Shown: positions 1 to 14,945 of the stretch, piece after piece | Layout: each line of letters begins with the position of its first letter | Position numbering within the stretch: the first letter of the stretch is position 1 | Source: the human T2T-CHM13v2.0 reference genome, Homo sapiens | NCBI RefSeq assembly: GCF_009914755.1 | Contig: NC_060928.1 | Reading direction: 5' to 3' (one strand) | DNA: 64,000 bases | The notes under the pieces: model-generated | The model's input: only the letters and a program-made list of their open reading frames with translations | What the model was told of the DNA's origin: nothing | Database searches by the model: none | Made by a program: the position numbers and the translations under genes

Positions 1-80
1 AAAGTAGAATAAAATAATAACTATAACTTAACTATCACTATAGAGTTTACAAAGTGCTTGTAACACTTTACAGAGTGATT

Positions 81-443
81 CAGATGCTCTTTGACTTACA
101 AAGGAGTTGCCCCCAGTAAATCCATCATAAGTTGGAAATATAATAGGTCAAAAATATTATACATTAAAAATGCATTTACTACACCCAACCTACTAAACAT
201 CATAGCTTAGCTTAGCCTACCTTAAGCAAGCTCAGAACCCTTACATTAGTGTACAGTTGGGCAAAATCATCTAATATAATGCCTATTTTGTAATAAGGTA
301 TTGAATATTTTGTGTAATTTAGTGAATACTGTGCTGCAAGCGAAAAACAGAATGGTTGTAGTCTACTAAATGTATATTGCTTTCACACCATTGTAAAGTA
401 AAAAAATCATAAGTTGAACAATTGTTAAGTTGGGGTTCTCCTG
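81..443. mobile_element. Tigger-derived MITE (MER47-like)
   Basis: Imperfect TIRs cagatgctctttgacttac... / ...gttaagttggggttctcctg followed by TA; body resembles recalled consensus. Confidence 0.75.
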
Positions 444-649
444 TATTACCATTATCATCCCTCTTTTGAACAAGGAAATTAAGGTGCGAAGAGATTAATT
501 TGCTCAGGGGAAGAACAGACCAGTAAGTGGTGAAATTGTGACTTACAGCCTTCTCCTTCATCCAACTCCAATTCTCCATCAGGAAGCACCAAGTGAAGAG
601 CTTGAAAAAACAGGTAGAAGCCATGAGGTTTACTTATTGTATCTAAAGT

Positions 650-868
650 AAGCTGTAGGCCATCCAGTAACACTTTTTGTATTGATGATGGAAATGTTCT
701 ACAGCTGTGTTCAATATGGTAGCCACTAGCTACAGATGGCTCTCAAGCACTTGAAATGTGGTGAATGGGACCGAAGAACTGAATTTTTATTTTAGCTATT
801 TTTTATTCATTTCTATGTAAATAGTCACATGTGGCCAGGGCTGCCATTTTATTGGACAGTGCAGCTCT
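650..868. mobile_element. hAT-Charlie MITE (MER3-like)
   Basis: Diagnostic aatatggtagccactagc...cacttgaaatgtgg...cacatgtggc...ttggacagtgcagctcta. Confidence 0.7.
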
Positions 869-872
869 AAAG

Positions 873-1058
873 CAGTGGCTATAAATGTGAGACCTCCCAA
901 CAATAGATTAGCATCATCTGAAATCTGGTCAGAAATTCAAATTCTTGGGTGCAAATCAAAAACCCTTACTGAATCAAACACCCTGGGGGTGGGAGTCCGG
1001 CAATCAGCATTAGAGAAGCCCTCCAGATGATTCTGATGCTAAAGTTTGAGAGTCACTG
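873..1058. mobile_element. MER5A hAT MITE
   Basis: cagtgg...agcatc...gaatcaaac...ccctccagatgattctgatg...aagtttgagagtcactg. Confidence 0.75.
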
Positions 1059-4000
1059 TTTGCAGGAAAGAGTAGAGTGGCAAGCAAGGGGGAAGGGCAG
1101 AGAGACTGAATGGGGATATAGTGGAGAGGGTCAAGGTAAGGAGTAAGGAGAATCCAGTGAGAAGGCTGTAGGAGACCAATCCAATAAAAAAAAAATCTCT
1201 TTTCCATCAATTCTGGGAACTGTTGCTTAGACTGGAGCCCTTCTGCAAAAGCTGATGGTCACTTTACTTGCTTGGAGATCCCTTGTGGAATTAGCCTAGT
1301 GGCATAAAAGAACTTTACAAACCTTCCAAGGAAGGCGAGAGCAAAACGGCCTCACAAGAGGGAGTGACTCAGCTTTGACTTTTGGGCTTAGCAGGTTTCT
1401 CTGACTTTTGAACATAGGCTGAGTGATGTGGCACATCACTATAACTGGGGTTTACTCCCCTTGTTCCATCCTGCAATCACCAGATCCCCTGAGCCCTGCA
1501 TTCAAAGCTGGTAGTGACATTAGCTTAAAAACTGAAAAAGATGTTTTAAACATCATTAAAAACATCAGTCCCGCTGCACTGGGGGTTTAATGTGAGTTGG
1601 GAGAGAAGCTGCTCATAGTTGGAGTAGACTATTTTAAGAGCCCACTTATGATACCTCCCGCTATGCCTCTCTATACTACACAAATTTCACAATTGGAGAA
1701 ATAGAAGCATAGAGAATTTAAGAAGTTTGAGCCCAGCTCACAAGGTCACTCAGTAGCAGCTCTAAGGGGCGCTGTCTATTAGGCCTTCTTTAGTCTCTAA
1801 TGTATTTAATCTGGCAGCTTTTTGAACTCTGAGCATCATTTTCTTTAGCTTGCCCAGCAAGCTATAAATTAAGCAACCGCACCTCCTAATGACTTTTAGG
1901 ATGTTCTCCTATTGTGCCAGACCCCAAGTGCACAATTGCTAAACCACTCTGTTTTGTAAATATGGAGAACCATAGCACCCTGTAAGTCAGGCACTCCTAA
2001 AATCTATTTTTAATATCTTAGATTATTAAAAATAGTTTGAATAAATTCCATGATTTGTTTTTGTTTCATTGTATCCCAATCTGGTCGATTTCAATATTAG
2101 AGTTTGTCAGAGCTGGATGGTCATATTTTAATAACTGATTAATTGTGAAATTCCATTCTCATGTAAAAAATATTTAAAGATTACTGAGTTTGTCTTTTCA
2201 TGTTTTCTCTCTTTTTATAGTTTATTCATAAATATAAACTTTCTGTGATTTTTTTACCTTGAAATGAATCCTTCCCATAAAATGTTTCCCCTCTGTTTTT
2301 CAAATAAGCATTGTACTCAGAGCATAAACACTGTGTCTTTAATTCCACAAATAACAGATCGAAGTTGAGAACAGAATGCTTAAGAAAAAGGCAAGTCACA
2401 AACAACTGTTTTCCACAGTTCATGAGTTGGTAAAATTAAGAGTCATTTATAATGTTATTCTCTTGGGCTGAACTTAACCAAGAAAAATGATACATGTTTT
2501 GTGTTTTGCTTTCTGGTCTCCACTGTGTTCCCATTTCCTCCCTCCCCACTGCTCTCCTCCCCTCCTCCCTGACTCTCCAATCCCTTTTCCTTTGGTGTGT
2601 GGCCACAGACAGAAATTTATGGCAGGGGCCAACCTCCTTTACACTCCACACAAAGCTTGCTGACTTGAGAGAGTTTGTCCGCGCTCTCCCAGAAAAAACA
2701 CCTGCAGTACGCTCCCCAAGAAACCTGAAGAGATGGGAGATTAATGTGGCTGTAATAGCTGGGCAGTGTTTTTGGTATTATGCCCTCTCCCTAGGTAGAT
2801 GGGTCTTTTCCGAGATGATACCAATTATTTATTGCTGAAACATCTGTTGATAACTGCAGCTGCCCTTGTAAAACAAAGCATATCACGGGGTCACAGGCTA
2901 CGGGGACCTAAAATCCTACCTCATGCTAGTTTCAGTCTATTCAGCAACACCCTCAAGTCCATGGGTTACCATCATCTTTAATGTCTCATCGTGCCATAGA
3001 AAATACTTTGTAAACACCGAGCTGCCCTGCCCTATAGGCTTTGAAGTATTATTTCATCTTCATCGGTAATTTATATTCCAGCACCATTGTACTGTGGGAA
3101 AAAGAGGGGGAACCTTTTTTGTTTTCCATTTAATTGTATATCGCCTGACACTTTGACCTGTATTATTAGTATTAGTCAGAAAAAGGATTTTCTCCCTCTC
3201 TTATTTAAAAATAAAATTTCAAGGGAAAGTAAGCGCTCCTTCAGCTCTTTTCACTCAAAACAATGTTTACACTCTGAGAGGGAAAGATGAAAAGCATGAG
3301 CAACTTTTTTCAAGTGTCGGAGAAGGGCATTTCAGTCTGTGAAAGAGAACAGTAAGGCCCTTATAAATATCATTCAGCAAAACCTTTGATGGATTTTTCA
3401 AAAAGTATTGAAGGCATTTAGCGTTAGCTTCTGTTTAGCTCAGCTTTGGGCCATGGCGGTGGAGTGCTAGCTAGGAAAACCCATAGAATGCTAACTTGCT
3501 GCTGAGATGCCGGGGAAGGACTCAACGTGGATGCCACCTTGGGAATTTTTCTTTCTGTAGTTTTCACTCTTCTAAACAACAACAAAAAATGTCTAGTGAA
3601 TTAAAATAAAATATGAAAGTAAAGCTTTCAAAAAGTAAAGTAAAGGGTGTGTTTGGATTTGCAAGTGGGAGCAGATTGGGCTGCAAGGCCAAGAGCTGTG
3701 TGATAGCCCTGAGTTTGAACATTCCCTGCACAGGTTTGGGGGTCCTGATGCTGGAGGGAGACTGGCTTATTTCTGTGGAGGGAGGGGCCTGCTGTCAGTC
3801 AGCCCTGGATTTACTGTGGTGCCCACTCACGGAGATACAAGATCATTTTTATAGGTTGGCACTAAAAGCACAGTCTGAGGACATGAAGCAGGCTCAGAAG
3901 GAGGATATTCTTTTTCCCATGTCCTTTTCAACTCTACAACCATGAAAAATGGGTAATCTGATAGCCCTGATGTTGTAAATATTTTTGGAAAGTGTCTGTG

Positions 4001-4127
4001 GTGCCCTGGAGTGATTTGAAAAGACACCATAATAATAATAATAATAAATGTTGAGTTGTTTCTTTATGCTATTTTGTGGAAAACCCCTGTGGATGAATAA
4101 AGTTTGATCAATTTAGTCCCAATAATT

Positions 4128-4481
4128 TTTTTAACTTTTATTTTAAGTTCAGGGCTACACATGCAGGTTTGTTATGTAGGTAAACTTGTGTCACAGGGGT
4201 TTGTTGTACAGAGTATTTTGTCACCCAAGTACTAAGCCTAGTACCCATTAGTTATTTTTCCTGATACTCTCTCTCCTCCCGTCATCCACCTTCCAATAGG
4301 CCCCAGTGTGTTGTTCCCTTCTAAGTGTCCATGAGTTCTCATCATTTAGCTCCCACTTAGAGTGAGAACATGCGGTATTTGGTTTTCTGTTCCTGTGTTA
4401 CTTTGCTAGGGATAATGGCCTCCAGCTCCATCTGTGTTCCTGCAAAAGACATGCTCTCATTCTTTTTTATGGCTGCATAGT
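4128..4481 (-). mobile_element. L1 (L1PA/PB) 3' end
   Basis: ttttattttaagttcaggg...catgcaggtttgtta...gtgagaacatgcggtatttggttttctg. Confidence 0.85.
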
Positions 4482-5328
4482 CAGAATATTTTTTCTAATA
4501 TGTCTCTTTGTATTATCTTGGTGCCTTTGACTTGTTGATATTTTTGTTTTTATACTACTTAAGATGTTAGAGGGGTGAGATTTAAAACATGAATAAACAT
4601 GAATAAATATAAGAGTTGGTTATTGCAAGATTGCAGAAAATGCTTTAAAAATGCCTAGTGTGACTAACTCGTGAGCTCAGGGGATGGAGGAGAGACTTTA
4701 GCAAAAGAAAGCAAAGTATGAATTTATTAGGAAATGAAATATCAAGTTAAAGAAAGTTATGGAAACAATAAAATTCCCTCCATGAATAAGCTCTTGATTA
4801 AAAGATGTCCTTAAAACTAATTTTAAAACATTTATTCCAGGTGCCGGTTTTTATATTAGTAATACAGAATTCAAAAGCAGTAACAGGTGCTGTTTAGATT
4901 ATGATTCTTTCATCATTTTTCATCTTATATGCTTTGGGGCTTTCATAGCAGAAATCTTTTTCATCAAGTTGCAAAAAAAAAAAAAAACACAAAGTGTAGA
5001 TAAACTCTGCATTCATTCATTCAACAAACTTTACTGGGTGTCAGCATGTGCCAGATGTTTGACAGAACACTCAAAGAAGTGCAGAAGAAAGAGAAGACCC
5101 AATTCATGTCCTGGAAAACTACAAAAATGAAGACAGAGGGCAACCCTTGTCAAAGTCCAGCTTATTGGAATGGTTCTTCCCATGTATTGACCTCCTAATA
5201 TGTGGCAGTTGCTCAATCTATGTTCTTTAAGCTATGACGACAACCCTTAAAGAGAAGGGTTATAATTCCCTTTTCACAGTTAAGAAAATTAATGCTCAGA
5301 GAAGTAACTTTTCAAAGTCACAATCTGA

Positions 5329-5692
<364 letters not shown>

Positions 5693-6089
5693 TGTGCTGG
5701 CTTTTAAGATGTTGAGATACCAGGGGTTGGTCACAGCCATGGCCAGGGGCCTGATTGCTCCTACTCTTGCCCTGACTAATTCAGGAACCTCTGGATCTTG
5801 TCATGATCTGAAAATGAAAGTTTGTCTCAGAAAGAACCTTGCTCCAGCCAAATGTCTGGTGTCTCTAAGGCTGCAACAATTGTATTTTGTTTAGGTCCCC
5901 TAGATAAGATAGCAAATCAGGAGAATGGAGCATGAGGAAGGGAGCTGAGCTACTTGTCAAAGGCAGAAGAGCATGTGGTGACCGGTTGGACAGACGGGGT
6001 GGGCACTAAGTATAAGATTTCAGTCTTGCAATGTGCTGGGCAGTGATGCCTTTACCTGAGACAGCACAGGAGGGGAAGCTGGCATGTGC

Positions 6090-6980
6090 TTCTTGGATGT
6101 CTTACAGACATCTGAAACTCATGGTCCCTCTCTTCCCTGCTCTCAAATAAGGTCCCCTTTCAGGGTCCAGTAGCATAAGCTGGGAACTTCAAGGTCATTC
6201 TTGTCACTTTCCTCTCCCTTGCCTGACATATCCATTCCATCACCAAGCTTAGTAGGTCTTATTTTCTAAATCTCTCCTCAATTCCCCTCCACCCCATCAC
6301 TACTCCTGTTCCAGCTGCAGCTATATCTCACCTGGGCTCCTGCCATTGCTTCCTGAATAGCCTCACACATCTACCCCGCTTCACTCCTCCACATCTCTTC
6401 TCCATGCACAGAGGTGTTTGTGCAAACTACAACTCTAGTCTGTCACCCTAGTATGCCTAGGAATGCAAAACTCTGAAATGAGGCCCATGGGCCCTGCCAG
6501 GCATAGTCCTTCCCTTGGCTGCCCCTGCTGCATCATCTCCATCTCATGGCCTCCTTTCAGTCCACACTCTTACCGGGATTATTCCATGCACATAGCTGCT
6601 CTCCATTCCCGAGACATTCTTCCCTCCCTCCTTTGCCTGATTAATTTCTGTGTATCTTTCCCTTCTCAGCTCACATCTCAGTTCTCAGGGAAGCCTGCCC
6701 TGATCTCTGGGACTAAATCAAACTTCCTCAATATAGGCTTGGCTATAAGGTATCACCTTTTCAAAGTTGCAGTTTACATTTGTTTGTGGGGTTTCTTTTA
6801 CATTTGTTTACATTTGTTTGTGGGGTTTCTGTCTCTCTCTTCTGCTAGCTACAAGCTTCATGAGGTCAGGGCCTTATCTGTGTTCACCATTATATCCCTG
6901 ACACTTAAAATGCATACCTTCAAAGAACACCCTTGGATGGATGGATGATGGATGGATGGGTGGATGGATGGATGAATGAA
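6090..6980 (+). mobile_element. L2 fragments ending in a (GGAT/GAAT)n tail
   Basis: L2-like 3' sequence and tetranucleotide tail at ~6935-6978. Confidence 0.6.
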
Positions 6981-7779
6981 ACAGTATTAATGTTATTTGA
7001 AAAACATGGTGTTTGATGTGCATGTGTGTTGAAATATATATGAGGCTGCCCCATGTGTGGCCCACAGTCAGACAATTGTCTAGGTACTGGTCAGGAGGAT
7101 AATGCCCATGTATCTCTCAGGGATGGAAGGCATTTAAGTAAATGCCTTAAATGTTTCCTGATAAAGAAATGAAGTAATCACCTGAAGAAGATAATGCTAT
7201 TTGTTGTGCATATTATAAATTGGAGTGGGGAGATCCTGAGTTTGGGGAGCACACTGAACTGCCAAGGAAAGAATGATTATGTGAGGTCCTGCATAAACGT
7301 TAGGCTTGAGAGAAGTGGAAAGAGGAAGCATATCTAAGAGACATTATGAAAAACAACCTAAGGTATGTCATGATTCATGGAATGAGCTAGACTGAGGTAG
7401 ATTGTATTATTGTTCCCACATATTCACTTTTGCCATGTGACTTGCATGCCTCCCTCTGAAAGGAATATACCTTCCCATGGAGATATTAGGCTAGGCCCTC
7501 ACAACCTGTCTTAGTCTATGAAATGTGGCTGGAAGTGACATATGCCAGTCCCTAGCAGAAGATTTATGAGCCGTTGTGTTGTTCAGCAATTGGAAGTTTT
7601 CCTTTGCCTTGTGAACAAGGTAGGGGCTACTCCCTCAACCTGAGAAGGGCAACAAATGTTGAAGAGAGTGTCAGTGTTACAGCCAAACTGCAGGCCATAA
7701 AAAGTATGGACAACAATTGCCAAAACAATTTTGTCATTAAAGGCAATTAAATTTTAGCATTATCACAGTCTTACCATGT

Positions 7780-8205
7780 ATCATGGGTTGAATTGACCCC
7801 CCAAATGATGCATTAAAGTCTTATCCCTCGGTACCTCAGAGGACTTTATTTGAAAATAAAGTTATTGTAGATGGAATTAATTAAGTTAAAATGAGGTCAT
7901 ACTGGAGTAGGGTGAGCCCTTAAGCCAGTGTGACTAGTGGCCTTGTGAGAATACCTAGAGACATAGGGTAAATGCCATGTGATGATAGAGGCAGAGATTG
8001 GAACCATACAGCTGCAGATCAAGAAGCACAAGGGTTGCTGGCAACATCAGAAGCTAAAAGAAAGGCAGGGAACAGATGCTCCTGTTAGAGCATGGCCCCA
8101 CTGACGTCTTGATTTCAGACTTCCAGCCTCCAGAAGTGAGGAATGATACATCTATATTCTTTTAAATCACCCAGTTTATGGCCTTCTCAGGAAACTAACA
8201 TACCA
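7780..8205 (+). mobile_element. MaLR LTR (MLT1-like)
   Basis: atgggttgaattg...taagttaaaatgaggtcatactggagtagggtg...gatttcagacttccagcctccagaa. Confidence 0.75.
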
Positions 8206-8884
8206 AGTGCATATGTGTAAGACAATGAAGCAAGAAAGCTTTCAAATGACTTCTAGATTCTTAGTATGTAAGCCTGTGCCTCTATAGAACAGAAGGCAAA
8301 ATAAACCCCAGTCCACAGGAAAAAAAACAGAATTTGTTCAATGGAATATTTCAACAGAAATGCTTCTAAAAGGAAAAGAAGAATAGGCTCTAGTATCTAC
8401 TAAGTTATTTTATTCTTAAACATAACTAGAGAAAATAGATTGGGAAAAACATATCACTCTTCCCACTTCATCAGTTTGTGGTAAATAGTACAGTCAAGAG
8501 CCCACTAAATATTTCCATTTGGATGTCCTAGATGTCTCAAGTTCAATAGGTCCAAAACTGAACTCATAATCTCTCAACTTCTTCTCCCTCCACCAACCAA
8601 ACTTTATCCACCCCCAGCGATCACCATATCGGTAAATGGCACTACAAACCACCCAGTTCCCCAAATCAAGACCTTGGCTTTAACTTCCCCCCAACCCTCA
8701 TATCTCATTTGTTACCAAATTCTAATAATTTTCCTCTTAGATGTCTCTCAAACACATTTTCCTTTCCCTAATCCTACTGTAACTATTCTGGTTCCAAGCA
8801 TATCATCTCATTCTTAGAATATTATTATTATTAGGTTAGTGAAAATGTAATTGTGGTTTTTGCAATTAAAAGTAATTTCATTTA

Positions 8885-9177
8885 TCTGAGACAGTGTATG
8901 TCTCTGTTGCCCAGGCTGCAGTGCAGTACAGTGGTACAATTTTGGCTGACTGTAACCTCTGCTTCCCAGGCTCAAGCCAACCTCCCACTTCAGCCTCCCA
9001 AGTAGCTGGGACTACAGGTGCATGTCACCATGCCTGGCTAATTTTTTATTTTTTTGTAGAGATGGGTTTCCCAGAGCCGTGTTTCCCAAGCTGGTCTCAA
9101 ACTCCTGAGCTCAAGTGATCCACCTGCCTAGGCCTCCCAAAGTGCTGGGATTGCCGGATTGAACCACTGCACCTGGG
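8885..9177 (-). mobile_element. Alu (AluJ-like), next to a MADE1 half at ~8830-8878
   Basis: Antisense Alu; upstream ttaggttagtgaaaatgtaattgtggtttttgc resembles the MADE1 TIR. Confidence 0.85.
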
Positions 9178-12100
9178 TCTCTTTCCTAAATTATATCCAA
9201 CTCCTCTCCCTAACTCTAGTCACATTCCCTGTATCTGAAAGAACAGGAAGGTCATGCTGCAGACAGATTTAAAAACAAACAAACAAACGCTCAGGGGCTG
9301 AAAGCAAAGAAGGTTTATTCTGTCCTCTTTCTACATGTCCATCTGAGGTCAGTAGGAGGCTCTGCTTTATGTCAGTCTCCTCAGGAGCCCAGATTGATGA
9401 AACACCTAACATGTAGAATGTGGCTGGTTGCCATTGCAGGGGGAAGCAGAAATAAGGAATTGCACACTGGGTTTTAAATGCAATTAACCCAACAGATGTG
9501 GCCATTGGTCAAGAGAAGCCATGTGGTCACATTTCTTTTCAAGAAGCCAAAGAAATACAATCCCACTGTGTGCCCAGAAGGAGAAGACCCAGAAATATAT
9601 TGGCAGATAGGCTGCCATGGCCTGCTAGCTTCTCTCCACAATACAACTGAAGCATGTTTCCAAAAGAGCAGGCTGGCATTCCTTCATACTTAAATTTGGG
9701 GAGGGGGTGTGGGGGAGTTGGAAAAAATCTCAACTAATTAAAAGAAAATAACAAAACAAAAACAAGACAACCATGTAGATCTTACAGAAGTACCTAATAC
9801 TAATCCTCAACAAGAAAATCTTCTAAATAAATTTGGGTGAACATTTTCATCAAGGTGGTGAGAATACTAGTTACTTTTGTTCTTTATACTTCTTTGATTC
9901 TTTACAATAAACATTGCTTACCATTATAATAAAGGAAGTGAAGAGAGAGAGAGAAAGAAGAAGGATTGTTAAACAGTTGTCCTTAAATCTAGACAAGGTC
10001 AAATGTTCAAAAACAAACTTCTCACCACTTTTCTAAGAGCAAGTACAAATACTGAAGTGCACACATCTTAACAATGGAGAGGCTAAAGTCATTAACTAAG
10101 TGACTCAAGTACTGCATCTTTTCTCCAAGTAAAGTAAGAATTTAAAATGCAATGTTATTCTTTCCAAACATTTTCTCTTCCCATTTGGTGGCCTGCTATA
10201 AGCTGAGTATCATTATTCTTCTGTTATATTTTTTAGATCATTTTAGCCTGGTGTGCATACACACATACATGTGTGAAATATATATATATATACTGTATAT
10301 ATAATTCGTATTGAGTACAAGTTATTTCTCCATCAAATGATAGAACATCAAAGCTGGAGAGAAATTCAGAGGTCTTCTATTTCAAGCCCATTGTTGGGTA
10401 GGTGGGGAAACTGAAATCTAGAGAGAATGAGAAGAGGCTCACCAAGTCACACAGCCAGTTCGTGGAAATGACGGGACCACCACAGCCGGGTTTCCTACTC
10501 CTAAATGTGGGGTTTTCTCCCTGAATCTACATGACTGCCTGGCTAGGCAGGCTGTTGTAGGGCTGGGGCAGCTTTGCCCTTGTTGCACTCCTTTTTTCTC
10601 TGCTGCCCCATAGCCTGCCCCTCTGCTTCTTTCTGTTAATGTGATATGACTATTTTATTCGGAGCAGAATTAATTAAAACAGAAATTGTATAATTTTCAA
10701 TAATCAACATTTAAAACTTGAATTTCTTTTGCTGAACATTATAGGTCTTGTTTTGAAAAGAAGCCAGATAAAAGGTTTAGATGCTTCAAAAATAAATTTT
10801 ATTTAATAAGTGAAAATTAGTTGCCAAGAGAATGGAGCTTTGGAGGAAAATATTAGCCCCAAGGCCTATGTATTTTCAGACTTTAAGGTAGAGTCTGATT
10901 AAAATCACCAAGGATTTAAACCCTGCTCTAAAACTCTGCCAAAAACTGCCCTTTTAATATAGTACTTTCAAGTTTCAATGGAAGATAAATTAAAATGGTG
11001 GCTTGTCCTTAAAATTCTACCAAGAAACTTTGGTTGCCACAGAATCAGGCATGCAAGTTATCCCTTTGATGAGGCTAAATCTATGGCATGAATTTCATGT
11101 CTCCCCATAATGAGGCCTGAAGACTGAGCCAAGTCCTGGAGGAGTTGATTTGACTAAGACAAGTGGGCTGAGCAACCCAGCTCAAAATGCTAGCAGAAAA
11201 TGAACAGGTTCAAGTGTTGGGCAGACAAAAGAAAGTGATGACCTTCAGAAAATAAATCCTAGGGATGTGATCATTCTTTCTGGCAGCAGATAAGAAAAAC
11301 ATCATCTCCCAAATCTTATATGTTAGGTAAATAAGGAGCTGAAATAATATTATCTCCATATATCTGACTGTGTTTATATGAGGTTGAACCATATAAAGTG
11401 TCACCTTTGTATGCAACAAACGTCAAACACCAGCAATCTCATATGATTCAATGTGATATATTCTTCACAGCATATAATCTTGATGACAGTCCTGCAAAGT
11501 GAAATTTGTTATACCCATATTGCAGATGAGATGATTGGCTCAGAGAGCTTGAGAGACATTTCCAAGCCATGTCACCAAGTATACTTCAGCAGGGATATGC
11601 CCTGGATTTCCTTCTCCCACCCTTTCATCATGTGTAATCACCTGCCTGCTTCATAAAACAAGATTATCTCACTCACAAGGGCAAAACCCAAGCATTTTTA
11701 AGCTCAACAAATTCATAGATTTTGAATCAGTACTTTCTTTTATTGGATATATTTGTACAGCACAAAAGAAGTTTGCTATTATGCCATGAATCTATTCATT
11801 TGAATCAATTGTCTTTAAAACATTTTTATTGCTCATCTCATCTGTAAAAACTTTTACACAGGCACATTATACATTTATTTATTTAATGATATACATGTTC
11901 TGTGCATTACTATGTATATAGATTTCAGTAGAACAAATTTAAGAAGAATGAGACAAAGATTAAATGAATACTTTAAAGTTTGAAGTGTAATATTGGCATG
12001 AGAAACTTTTTGTTCATGTTAAAATTGTAACATACTATGTTTAGTTTTAAAAATCTTGAATTAGTCCTCTGCTCTGAAGATGTAGCTAGTACAGTTTATT

Positions 12101-13055
12101 TTAATACTTGATTTTAATGACGGTCACAGTTGAAAAATTATGTGTCAAAGATGTGTAGATCCAAATAGAAATGGTCAGCTATGATTACAAATTCACATCA
12201 CTCACATTTCAATCCATCTACCAATTATGAGGCATCATTTGTTGAAATGTAGCTAGCAAATTTCTGCCTTCCCTAATGTCAATTGCATGTTTCTGCAAGT
12301 TAATCAGAGGATTTTTTTAAACAAAGGATGTCAAAAATCCATTCAAACTCTTCATTTGGAACATTTTTTTAAACGGGTTAAAATTTTCTTAGTTGTAGTG
12401 TTTCATTAGGAAAGAAAGAAAGAAAAAAAATTCCCATTTGTGTGTTGTAAAATATGTGATATTTTTAGTACCTAAACCACAATGAAGTAAATACTTCCAG
12501 CCCTCATTATTTGAAAGATATTTTTCAGAATACCTGTTGCATAGCATACTGTTGTCAGCCACTTGTCATCACAGAACAGGCTGACACAAAAGCCTTTCAT
12601 AAAAGAAAAATGTCTAAGCTCCATATTTGGCCATTCTCTAAGGAACTTTGCCTGGAGATTTTCATAGTATTTCCCCCTCTCATTATGAATTATTCCAAAG
12701 TATCTATGATTTGTGATACTAGAAACTGTAAACCTACTTATCAACTATATAAACCGCAATACAGCTCGTACAGCAAAAACAGTCCAAAAAGAGAGTTCTG
12801 GTCATCAGCTCCTCCAGGATGAAGCACGATTATGTGCCATCTGTGCTGAGTAACCATCCAACATAACAGAGTAAGGCGCTTATGTCAATTCACTTTTTAA
12901 AATGTTAGTGAAGCTTAATTTCTTTCTCATTAATAAATTTAAATGGAAACTTTTAGAATTTTCTTTATATTTTGAGATCTCAGAAACTGATTTCACAATC
13001 TCACCCTCAATCCACTGTCAAAACAATATGTTATTATTTATTGAGCATCTACTAA

Positions 13056-13445
<390 letters not shown>

Positions 13446-13753
13446 TAGATGAAAATGTTGAAGTCTAAAGGTTAAGTAACATGCAAAATCACGTAGTGCC
13501 TCAGCACAGCTAAAACCCCTTTTCTTTGCCTTTTCCCACAGCATCTCCCTCTAGTAACGGATTTCACTAGCTTCTTCGTAAAAGTAGTCCCAATATTGGC
13601 TTCTTTTCCACGTATGTGTGTAATCTGTCACATTTTGAAAATATTATCAGCTCAATTCTGGAGCTTTTTATGTATTCTGTATGTGAAGACCACAGGCAAA
13701 ATATATTTCTTTCATGGCTGTTGAAAACGTCCTATCACACTAGGCATGAATTA

Positions 13754-13833
13754 TTAGGCTAGTGCAAAGGTAATTGCGGTTTTTGCTATTGCTTTTAAAT
13801 GGCAAAAACTGCAGTTACTTTTGCACCAACCAA
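13754..13833. mobile_element. MADE1 (Hsmar1-derived 80-bp MITE)
   Basis: TA-flanked ttaggctagtgcaaaggtaattgcggtttttgc...gcaaaaactgcagttacttttgcaccaaccaa, near-palindromic. Confidence 0.88.
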
Positions 13834-14632
13834 TATTTCCATGGGCACTGTATGTGAAATCGAGACCTCTACGTCTTCTAGAGTCACTGTCAAGTACAAC
13901 TTTAAAAGAGCTTAGGGGCCAGACCCCTAACCTGTCTCAGTAGCTCTCCTATTATATTGCTTTGATCACAGAACTATGACAGCTTCCCTTCACTCTTTGT
14001 CTAAGGCCATACCTTTGCCTAATATGCTTAAAATGTACATAATTTATATCTGTTTATGACTTAAATGACTTATGCTGGAGATTCCAAATACTGGTCAATA
14101 GGGTGAATGAATTAGAATTACATGGGACATGTATGCATTAGCTGGGGTGGGGTGGGGAGCAGCTTCATAAATATATATATTCCTAGGTCTTACTACCTCG
14201 AGTTTCTGATTTAGTGAATCTTTATTTAGATCCACGAATCTGTACTGATAAAACATTACTGTTGATGAGATTGGGCACAGTCAGATGGTGTATATATAAT
14301 TTAATATTGGAGAGTAATAAAGTCTATGATGACAAAGCAGAGTCGAGAGATAGTGAGTGATTATAGATACTCTAATATGATTGTAGAGGAATGGCTAGGG
14401 AAGGATTTTTTGAATAGGTGACTGGAGCCCAGATCTGAATGAGGGAGCCATGCGGATATCTGAGGGCAGAGCATTGCAGATGGAAGGAGCAACAAATACA
14501 AAGACTTGTTGGAGGATGAGCAAAGAGTCTGGAGAATGGTGAGAAGTGATACAAATAAGAGTAAATAGGTCAATGAAGTATTAAGAGGCAATATCATATA
14601 GGATTTTATTGGCCATGATAACAGACTTAAAT

Positions 14633-14945
14633 TTTTTTAATTTTTTTAAGAGACAGCGTCTTGCTCTGTTGCCCAGGCTGGAGCACATGTGATGGTGTGA
14701 TCATAGCTCACTGTAACCTCAAATTCCTCTGTTCAAGCGATCCTCCCACCTCAATCTCCAGAATAGCTGAGACTACAGGCAAGCACCACCATGCATGGCT
14801 AATTTTTTAAAAAAATATTTTTGTAAAGACAGGGTCTCCCTATGTTGCCCAGGCTTCTTTCAAGCTCCTGGGCTCAAGTAATCCTCCTGCCTCGGCTTCC
14901 CAAAGTGCTGGAATTATAGGTCTGAGCCTATATTTATGGCTGGCC
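14633..14945 (-). mobile_element. Alu (AluJ-like) inserted in L2 sequence
   Basis: Antisense Alu; flanks taaatttt repeated (TSD-like). Confidence 0.88.

Noticed and set aside
6463-6948. 161-aa ORF (and the 167-aa ORF at 16973-17476)
   Set aside because: Lie in L2/MER5-derived sequence with no domain similarity or splice support
7127-7153. 10-bp inverted repeat aaggcattta-ag-taaatgcctt
   Set aside because: Short and AT-rich, with no context suggesting function
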